From Clostridiales bacterium (GTDB lineage Bacteria > Bacillota > Clostridia > Oscillospirales > RGIG5299): a stretch of 50,279 nt of DNA. The position numbers were made by a program, and so were the translations under genes. The stretch is from assembly GCA_016281405.1 (NCBI GenBank), contig JAEEIO010000013.1, positions 1 through 50,279 on the forward strand, in the 5' to 3' direction. Positions 1-6,835 of this stretch are shown piece after piece; the first letter of the stretch is position 1, and each line of letters starts with the position of its first letter. Under the pieces are notes generated by a model. That model had not been told where the DNA came from and searched no databases. It saw nothing but the letters and a program-made list of their open reading frames with translations.

Positions 1-586
1 AAAACGCGGTTACTTCGTCAAATTCTACCGCAATCGTATTATTGCAGTCAACGTTATCCGAAACGTAGGTGACCGAACCCGTAAAATTAAAGATTATGCC
101 GCATATATCCGAACCAACAAAATCGTCAAGGCCTACAATATCCTGTTTCGTCAGCGGCGTTCCGTCGTAAACCTTGCTGGCGCTTGTGGTCATCAACGTC
201 ACGGGACAGGGAACGACGCCGATCGTCCCGTGAGCGAGAGTTAAGTCGTAACGCCCCTGGTGTTCCAACGTGAAGGTGAAATCGTTTAGTATTATGCCTT
301 CGGCTACGTGGGTGACGCCCGCGGCGCAGGTTATTGTCAGTTTGTCGCCCGTTTCGGGTATTTTGAACACGGTCCCCGCCTCGTCTTGGGGCGCTAAAAA
401 ATGATTGTTATATTTGACTCTATATACGGGATACGTCTGCTCTTCTCCGTTATACACCATTTTGTCATTGCTTAAAGACTCTATCAGGATTTCCCTGATC
501 GGCTCCGCGTGAACCGTCAAGGCCGCGACCGCTGGCATCAGCATGCAAACCGAAATAATCGCGCAAAGAATCTTCTTTAATTTCAT
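1..586 (-). CDS. Secreted protein, N-terminal part only (ORF runs off the left window edge); signal peptide plus YDGTPLT-type adhesin-like (MBG-like) motif
   Basis: ATG at 586-584 (cat on + strand) after a GGGGGTAAG SD-like motif. My translation MKLKKILCAIISVCMLMPAVAALTVHAEPIREIL... stays open to position 1 and contains ...SASKVYDGTPLTKQDIVGL... Not in the ORF track because it is truncated. Confidence 0.6.
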   Translation of the reverse strand, partial: MKLKKILCAIISVCMLMPAVAALTVHAEPIREILIESLSNDKMVYNGEEQTYPVYRVKYNNHFLAPQDEAGTVFKIPETGDKLTITCAAGVTHVAEGIILNDFTFTLEHQGRYDLTLAHGTIGVVPCPVTLMTTSASKVYDGTPLTKQDIVGLDDFVGSDICGIIFNFTGSVTYVSDNVDCNNTIAVEFDEVTAF

Positions 587-621
587 TTTCTTACCCCCGT
601 TCGTATTCGGCTACCGTAATA

Positions 622-650
622 ATTATACATTAAGCGGAGAATAAAGTCAA
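622..650 (-). promoter_or_regulatory. Sigma-A type promoter for the truncated secreted-protein gene
   Basis: Minus strand reads TTGACT (645-650), 17-nt spacer, TATAAT (622-627), about 35 nt upstream of the ATG at 586. Confidence 0.5.
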
Positions 651-654
651 ATAT

Positions 655-682
655 AAACGCCGTCCCGTTCGGAACGGCGTTT
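655..682 (-). terminator. Hairpin terminator after the amidohydrolase gene (end of the long ABC operon)
   Basis: aaacgccgt (655-663) pairs with acggcgttt (674-682). On the minus strand it is followed by a moderately U-rich tail (uauauuug). Confidence 0.5.
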
Positions 683-692
683 ATGATTTTAT

Positions 693-1469
693 TCAGATTT
701 TTACTCTCGGGAAGACCTTCAGAGCGGTCTTATAGAAGATGTTTTCCTTGTCCTCGTCGGTGAGGTCGGCGCCAAGCACAAGGCCCAGCTGCGCCGAGGG
801 GTCGAACCAGAACATATCGGAGCCGAAGACCATCTTATGACTTCCCGCGTGATTTGCGAGGTATTCGACGACGCCGTATTCGAAGGGGTCGCCCGCGATG
901 TCGAGGTAGGCGTTATCGTATTTCTTGGCCAAAGCCGCCGCGGCGCGGACGCCGTCGGTGCGGCCGCCCGAGTGACCGAAGACGAATTTGACGTCGGGAT
1001 ACTCTTTTATATACTCCTCGAAGAGCTCGGGCACCGCGTAGCGCTGATTGGGGTTATAAGACGAAAGCGCCCAGGTGTGCGACATTATGGGAAGGCCGTA
1101 TTTTCTCGCGGCTTCCCACGCGGCGCGGTATCCGGGGTCGTTTCCGAAGACGTGATGCTCGGTCGGATGTATCTTTATCGCGACGAAAGCGGGGTGGTCG
1201 TGGTATTTTTCCATGACCGCGAGGCACCTTTCGCTGTAACGCGGGTCGAAGAGGAAATAGTTAAATATCCTGTGGCCCGACTTCTCATAGTAATAAAGGC
1301 TTTCGTCGGCGCATTTCTCGTATTCGGTGAGGTTTAAGCCCTTGTTGGAGGCCTGGATTATGGCGTCGATCTTAAGCTCGTCCATACGCTTAAGGAGCGT
1401 TTCGAGGCTGTGGTCGAAGCAAAGAAAATCTATTATCTCGCCTATATGGGTATGCGTATCTATTATCAT
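693..1469 (-). CDS. Amidohydrolase-2 family metal-dependent hydrolase (TIM barrel; lactonase/decarboxylase-type)
   Basis: 258-aa ORF starting MIIDTHTHIGE (HxH metal motif), with later ...KIHPTEHH..., ...FGHSGG..., ...VFGSDMFW... SD AGGACAGGTG upstream. Last gene of the operon. Confidence 0.85.
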   Translation of the reverse strand: MIIDTHTHIGEIIDFLCFDHSLETLLKRMDELKIDAIIQASNKGLNLTEYEKCADESLYYYEKSGHRIFNYFLFDPRYSERCLAVMEKYHDHPAFVAIKIHPTEHHVFGNDPGYRAAWEAARKYGLPIMSHTWALSSYNPNQRYAVPELFEEYIKEYPDVKFVFGHSGGRTDGVRAAAALAKKYDNAYLDIAGDPFEYGVVEYLANHAGSHKMVFGSDMFWFDPSAQLGLVLGADLTDEDKENIFYKTALKVFPRVKI

Positions 1470-1505
1470 TTATGACACCTGTCCTTTGAAATAGCTTTAT
1501 TTTTT

Positions 1506-1535
1506 GTCCTTCCGCGGCAGGAGCCGCGGAAGGAC
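1506..1535 (-). other. Perfect 12-bp GC-rich intercistronic stem-loop with no U tract
   Basis: gtccttccgcgg (1506-1517), loop caggag, ccgcggaaggac (1524-1535). Lies between the permease stop (1545) and the amidohydrolase start (1469). It is followed by an A-run in the operon transcript, so it is not a canonical terminator. Confidence 0.6.
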
Positions 1536-1544
1536 AAACGGTGA

Positions 1545-2636
1545 TTATTCGACGAGACCGCTTCTCTCAATGCCCTGGACGAATTTCTTCTGCAAGAAGA
1601 TAAACATGACCATGAGCGGAGTGAGGGTCATAACGCTTCCCGCCATGACCGTCGCCGTATTGACTATATCGTCGTCGGTGACGGGACGTCCGAGCAGCTG
1701 CTCGAGCTCGTCTCTCGTGCGGAGGGACAGCGTGATAAGGGTCTTGATGCCCGAGGATAGGGGCTGCATATTCTGCTTGAAGTAGATGGAGGGCTCGTAG
1801 TAGTCGTTCCAGTGCCAGACTATCGACAAGACGAGGATGACAAGAAGCAGAGGTCTTGCCATCGGGACGACTATTCTGAAGAAGGTCCCGAGGAAGCCGC
1901 ATCCGTCAATTCGCGCCGCCTCCTCCATTTCCTTAGGCATACTGATAAGCGTCTGGCGGGCAAGGAAGATAAACAGTCCGCCTTTGAGGCCGAGGCCGAG
2001 GAAGGAGGGGACGAAGCTGGGTAAGAAGGTATCCGTCCACTTGATGTTCGCGAAGAGGATGTAGCTCGGGATAAGGGTGGTCTGAAGCGGGATGATTATG
2101 GTCAGTATGACCATGAGGAAGAGAAATCCGCGAAGCCTGAACTTATAACGCGCGAGGCCGTAGCCGACGAAGGTGCAGGAGACGAGGTGACCTACCGTGC
2201 AGACGGCGGTTATGAGGAGCGAGTTCCAGATGTAAGTCTTGAACTGCATGAGGGTAAAGGCCATCGAGTAGTTGGCGAAACGCAGGTTTCTCGGTATCCA
2301 TCCTATAGTGGGATCCATAAGGTCGGAGTTTGTCTTCAGAGAGGTGACCGCCATGAAAATAAAGGGATAGAGGAAGATGAAGGCGATGCCTATGAGAAGG
2401 ATATACATTCCGATCCTCAAAGCGGTGCTTCCCCAGAAGCGGGGCTGCTTCGCCTTACGGAGGAACAGCTCCCAGAGCTCTTTGGCCGAGCGGCGCTGTT
2501 TCTTCTGCTTTTCGGGTTTTTCGTTTATCACGTCGTTACCAGTTGTAGCGGCGTTTTTTCGCTTTGCGCATCGCACGTTCATCAGCTCCTTTCGTAGTAT
2601 CGGATCCGTAGCTTCTTCCGATGAAGAGGAAGACAA
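1545..2636 (-). CDS. Carbohydrate ABC transporter permease, MalG-like (second pair) with a charged N-terminal extension
   Basis: Six predicted TM segments and EAA loop EEAARIDGCGFLGTFFRIVVPMARP. The ORF overlaps the upstream permease by 101 nt, so the true start is more likely GTG 2531 (4 nt after the upstream stop) or ATG 2582. Confidence 0.85.
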   Translation of the reverse strand: MSSSSSEEATDPILRKELMNVRCAKRKNAATTGNDVINEKPEKQKKQRRSAKELWELFLRKAKQPRFWGSTALRIGMYILLIGIAFIFLYPFIFMAVTSLKTNSDLMDPTIGWIPRNLRFANYSMAFTLMQFKTYIWNSLLITAVCTVGHLVSCTFVGYGLARYKFRLRGFLFLMVILTIIIPLQTTLIPSYILFANIKWTDTFLPSFVPSFLGLGLKGGLFIFLARQTLISMPKEMEEAARIDGCGFLGTFFRIVVPMARPLLLVILVLSIVWHWNDYYEPSIYFKQNMQPLSSGIKTLITLSLRTRDELEQLLGRPVTDDDIVNTATVMAGSVMTLTPLMVMFIFLQKKFVQGIERSGLVE

Positions 2637-3702
2637 GCCCGACGAATACCAGTATGATCAGGGTGTATATCCACGAGACCGCCGCCGCTTTGTCGAACTG
2701 GTTCTGAGCGAGGGACATATCCTTTATGAGCTGCAGAACGTCGTTATCGACCGAGACGAAGGAGTCCGCTATGGAGTAGATAATGTTGACGACCATCATC
2801 GGCATTATCATGGGCAGCGTGATCTTCCAGAACTTTTCCCACTCCGTCGCTCCGTCGACGCCCGCCGACTCGTAAAGCGAAGGCGATATCGACTGGAGGC
2901 CCGAGAGGAACATGAGTATCTGAACCGAACACGACCACAAAACCGAAACTATGATGCTTAAGAAGTCGTTCACCATCTTGGTGAAGTCTCCGCCGAGATA
3001 GGCTATTACCGAGGGCGGGATAAGCGACGAACTGTTTATCGAGAGCGCGTTGGTGACGGCGCCGAGGGAATAAAGCTGTTCGAGAACGTAGCCCGTGCCG
3101 AGTATGAAGGGGAGGAAGAAGACCACTCGGAAGAAGCCCTTGAACTTTATGTTCCTGCTTATGATTATCGCAAGCAGCAGCGAGAAGATTATTATGAGGG
3201 GTATCTTGACGAAGGTGCCCGAAAGGATGTCGGTCAGGGCTCTGGTAAATCGCACGTCGTTTATGACGACGTCGATATAGTTGTCGAAGCCTATAAAGGA
3301 CATCTTGAGGCCGACTATCATATCGAGCTTGGAGAAGCTTAAGACTATCGACAGGATAAGGGGGAAGGCGAAGAAGGCAAGCAGACCGATCGTGAGGGGG
3401 AGAGTGAAGAAGTAGCCTTCGAGCGCCGCGCGCCTTTCGAGGTTTATAAATCTGTTAAGCCAGACTCTGAACTTCGAGGGGTTCTTCGCGCTCTTTGCGG
3501 CGTGCCTTTCGGCGCGGGTCATGCGCTTCTTCGGCGCCTTCTCCTCCGCGACCTTTTCGGTGACGGGGGCGATTGCCTCTGCCGCCTCCGCGGTCTCTGC
3601 CGCCTCGGTTTTTACCTCTTCGGCGACGGCTTCGGCCGCTTCGGCTTCGGTTTTTATTTCTTCGGCGACTTCCGCGAGGTTTTCGTTATCTTTCTTTTTC
3701 AA
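2536..3702 (-). CDS. Sugar ABC transporter permease, MalF-like (second pair) with a ~75-aa acidic/Ala-rich then basic N-terminal tail
   Basis: 388 aa. EAA loop YESAGVDGATEWEKFWKITLPMIMP and multiple TM segments. The N-terminus EVAEEIKTEAEAAEAVAEEVKTEAAETAEAAEA is encoded by a ~21-bp direct duplication (3600-3680). Confidence 0.85.
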   Translation of the reverse strand: MKKKDNENLAEVAEEIKTEAEAAEAVAEEVKTEAAETAEAAEAIAPVTEKVAEEKAPKKRMTRAERHAAKSAKNPSKFRVWLNRFINLERRAALEGYFFTLPLTIGLLAFFAFPLILSIVLSFSKLDMIVGLKMSFIGFDNYIDVVINDVRFTRALTDILSGTFVKIPLIIIFSLLLAIIISRNIKFKGFFRVVFFLPFILGTGYVLEQLYSLGAVTNALSINSSSLIPPSVIAYLGGDFTKMVNDFLSIIVSVLWSCSVQILMFLSGLQSISPSLYESAGVDGATEWEKFWKITLPMIMPMMVVNIIYSIADSFVSVDNDVLQLIKDMSLAQNQFDKAAAVSWIYTLIILVFVGLVFLFIGRSYGSDTTKGADERAMRKAKKRRYNW

Positions 3703-3718
3703 TGCTTCTCACCCCGTT

Positions 3719-6700
3719 TCATCTGATCTCGAAATCGTAAGCGCCGACCGTGACGCCTTCGATTTGCATGGCGGAGCCGGTATAGTTGATATAGAGCGTT
3801 TTGCCGTTCTCGTATCTCACTATCGCCGAGTTTCCGTTGTTTTCGTGATATATCATCGGCTGATCCCACACGTCGGAAAGCTTTTCGCTGCACTCGGTGT
3901 AGAAGCTGACGATATCTTCTTTCCACTGCCCGTATTCAGAGGAGAAGAGCTTGTTGTAATCGGAGAGCTTGAGGTTTTCGGTGGGTTCCTTGGTTATCTT
4001 ATAATAAGGTATGCTGCCGTATTCCACAAGTCTCAGCCTCTGGACCGTCTGGTCGTAGAAGAGGTTTATGGGCTCGTCGATATAGCCGACGTAGCCGTGG
4101 ATGACCATCTGGACGAAAGGCACCGATTTATAGGTTATATGATACTCGGACGATTTTTCGGGCATGCCCGTTATCATATTGGCGTATTTGAGGGTGTAGA
4201 GCGAGGCTCCTTCGACCGCGAGCAGATCGGTGTTCTCGGCGAGGTCGGCCATCGTTCTGTCCCAACCGTTCAGCGTATCCGTCCTCGTGTGGATAAGGGT
4301 GCTTCCGTTATAGTTCTGGAAGAGGATGTTGCCGACGGTGTTCGCCGCGACGCCGCTGAAGTTTATGGATTTGACGTTCCTTGCGAGCGACTTCATGTTT
4401 CTCTCGACCGCGACGTAGTTTAAGAAGTAGTTTTTGCCGGTGAAGTCGGTGACGGCTATCGAGTTGCCGTAGTTGATTATGTCGTTCTTGGTCGAGAAGC
4501 CGCCGTTATCGATGTTGGCCTTTATGGGCTCGACCTCGAGGAGCGTCTTCGCGCCTATCGACTTGGCGTATTCGGCGTAGCTCCTCGCTCCCGAGGCGCC
4601 GCCGACGGCCGATTCGACGGGCCACGTCGTCGGATATTTCCCGAAGCCGCCTCTCGCGTAGCCGACGAATTTCGCGACTATGTTGTCGACTCCCGCTTTA
4701 TAGAGGTCTTCGGTTATCGTCTTGGCGTCCTGGAAGGAGGTCATCTTGACTATCTTGGTGAAGAGTATCTGGCTCTCCCACGTCGACATAAAGAAGTCGA
4801 GGACTATCGGGATCTTGGTGTTGACCGAGGTGATGTTATCCTTGAGGTCGCCGTTCTTTATGAGGTAGGCGCGGTAGGCGTTCGCGAGGCCGCTGTAGTT
4901 GGCGTCGTCGCCCGAAAGGAAGGCGTATCTCACTTCGTGAGAAATATCGGAGACGGGTTTCTCGCTGTATTTCTTGCCCGCTATCTTCTTGACGTTGATG
5001 CTGCCTATCGTGTTGCCGTAGCTGCCGACCGTTATGTTGGTGGCAAGTATTTCGGTGGTGTAGCGATAGCGGAAACGGAGCGACGAGCGGTAGAGGTCGA
5101 CCGCGTAGCCCGCGGGCGAGGTGACGACCGAAGCTTCGGCGTCGGCGCCAGCGGAGTAGCCGACGACGGCGACCTTATCGGTTTCGTTGACCATGCCGAA
5201 CACGGGGAGGTTGGTGCTCTCTATGCGGGTCTCGTTCCTGCGGTATTTGTCCATATCGAGAACGTCGGTGCCGCCTACCGAGAAGGCGTATTCCTTGGCG
5301 TAGATGCTGTTGACGTTTTCGTTGAAGTTTATCATCATGCCCGAGCCGTCGGGGATGATGGTGTAGCCGTCTTTCCTGCTGTTGCAGGCGCCGAGGAAGG
5401 GGAGAATCTCGATGTCGACTATCTTTCTCGCGGTGTCGCCGGAGCCCTTCTCCTTTATGGAGTCGTTGAGTATCTTGGCGTAGAGGGTGCCGTCAACGAG
5501 GCCGAACTCGACGTCGAAGGATATTTTGGCTTTGGTGAAGTCGAAGGACATTATCAGCTTGCTTCCCGAGATCCTGTAGTCGACCTTGCAGTCGGCCGAC
5601 GACGCCGAGGCGTAGGCGACCTTGGTGCCCGTCGCGGATTCGGAACGGAGCTGGTCGGCGTAGAGGACTACGAGGGAGCGCATGAGGTTCTTCCAGCGCG
5701 GGATGAGGTCGGGATCGGCGATGTCGTATTCGGTTTCGTCGACGCCGGCGCGCCAGAGGTAAGGCTTATCGGGGTTCTGGCTGTCGAGGACGAATATCGA
5801 GTTGCACTGGAGACCGGTGGTGACGGTGACGGTTTCGGTGCCGTAGACGGTGTAGTAGCAGTCTACTTTGACGGTGACCGCGTTGCCTTCCTTACGAAGG
5901 CCGGTGAAGTATTCATAGTCCGCCAAGAACTGCTTCTTTAACTCTTTGAAATCGTTTACGGTCTCTATGGCGTAGTCGTTCACCGTAACCTTGGTGTTTT
6001 CGGGCTTTTCACCGGTGGCGGGGTCTATAATGGTTTCGCCCGTGCCCTTCTTTATTTCGATGGAGTAGTTGATTTTGCTGTAGAGAGGACTGTCGGGGAC
6101 TTCAAATATCTTTTTGAAGTCGGCCTCTTCCATGTCGGCGGGCTTCTTGCGGAGACCCGTCGTCACGCCGAGCTCGGTGTTCCATGCGTTTTCGGTGACG
6201 TAGTCGAAGAAGAAGAGGGCTTTCTCGGCCGCGGTGGCTCCCACGACGACCTCTTCGCCGCTATCGTTCTTTTCCTTGACGTCTTTGATCTCCTCGCTCG
6301 TCGTCTTCTTGGCGGCGCTGCTCTGCTTGGCGTAGCTTATTTTGACGGCGTCGCCGAGCTTTTTGTTCGCCATGACGTTGACGTAGTCGCTGACGGAGTC
6401 GAGCGGAACGTCGTCGACGGCGGTGATGAGAGCGCCCGCCTCGAGGCCTTTGTCGACCATGTCGGGAGTCATGCCGTTCGCGGGCGAGGCAAATCCGCCG
6501 ATTATGAGGCCGGAGGGTCTGACCTCGTCGACCTCGTGGGTGAGTTTGGCTTCGAGCATGCCGGTAAGGCGGTCGGCGACCACCTTGTCGGCGGTGAAGA
6601 CGCTTTCCTTTAAGCATCCGCTGTAACGGACGAAATAGAGTTTGAGGTTTCCGCTCGTCGCTATGGGCGACGCGAAATCTATCTCCATTTCGGCAAGGCT

Positions 6701-6820
6701 TTCGGCGGGGAACTCATAGGTCTGCCGTTCGGCCTTGGTATCGGCGGAGACTATGAAGGAAAGGGCCGGCGCCGTAAGGGCTATCGCTATGAGGATCGCT
6801 ATAAATCTTTTTAATTTCAT
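3719..6820 (-). CDS. Large secreted protein: signal peptide, PDZ-like domain, C-terminal DUF5696-like (possible glycoside-hydrolase-type barrel) region
   Basis: 1033 aa. Signal peptide MKLKRFIAILIAIALTAPALSFIVSADT. PDZ-like stretch GLIIGGFASPANGMTPDMVDKGLEAGALITAVDDVPLDSVSDYVNVMANKKLGDAVKISY. The C-terminal ~450 aa resembles what I remember of DUF5696 proteins found next to CUT1 ABC genes (from memory, unverified). SD GGAGGCGGAAAG. Confidence 0.6.
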   Translation of the reverse strand: MKLKRFIAILIAIALTAPALSFIVSADTKAERQTYEFPAESLAEMEIDFASPIATSGNLKLYFVRYSGCLKESVFTADKVVADRLTGMLEAKLTHEVDEVRPSGLIIGGFASPANGMTPDMVDKGLEAGALITAVDDVPLDSVSDYVNVMANKKLGDAVKISYAKQSSAAKKTTSEEIKDVKEKNDSGEEVVVGATAAEKALFFFDYVTENAWNTELGVTTGLRKKPADMEEADFKKIFEVPDSPLYSKINYSIEIKKGTGETIIDPATGEKPENTKVTVNDYAIETVNDFKELKKQFLADYEYFTGLRKEGNAVTVKVDCYYTVYGTETVTVTTGLQCNSIFVLDSQNPDKPYLWRAGVDETEYDIADPDLIPRWKNLMRSLVVLYADQLRSESATGTKVAYASASSADCKVDYRISGSKLIMSFDFTKAKISFDVEFGLVDGTLYAKILNDSIKEKGSGDTARKIVDIEILPFLGACNSRKDGYTIIPDGSGMMINFNENVNSIYAKEYAFSVGGTDVLDMDKYRRNETRIESTNLPVFGMVNETDKVAVVGYSAGADAEASVVTSPAGYAVDLYRSSLRFRYRYTTEILATNITVGSYGNTIGSINVKKIAGKKYSEKPVSDISHEVRYAFLSGDDANYSGLANAYRAYLIKNGDLKDNITSVNTKIPIVLDFFMSTWESQILFTKIVKMTSFQDAKTITEDLYKAGVDNIVAKFVGYARGGFGKYPTTWPVESAVGGASGARSYAEYAKSIGAKTLLEVEPIKANIDNGGFSTKNDIINYGNSIAVTDFTGKNYFLNYVAVERNMKSLARNVKSINFSGVAANTVGNILFQNYNGSTLIHTRTDTLNGWDRTMADLAENTDLLAVEGASLYTLKYANMITGMPEKSSEYHITYKSVPFVQMVIHGYVGYIDEPINLFYDQTVQRLRLVEYGSIPYYKITKEPTENLKLSDYNKLFSSEYGQWKEDIVSFYTECSEKLSDVWDQPMIYHENNGNSAIVRYENGKTLYINYTGSAMQIEGVTVGAYDFEIR

Positions 6821-6835
6821 ATCTTTCCGCCTCCT

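Noticed and set aside
4937-5941. 334-aa plus-strand ORF inside the PDZ/DUF5696-like gene. Similar long antisense ORFs occur at 3521-4423, 7301-9238, 11207-11998, 13490-14182, 19935-21248, 21474-22949, 28198-29232, 33593-34606 and 40340-41164.
   Set aside because: All lie antisense to convincing genes and are Gly/Arg/Val/Asp-rich, as expected from the reverse frame of GC3-rich coding DNA. They have no SD sequences or recognisable domains.
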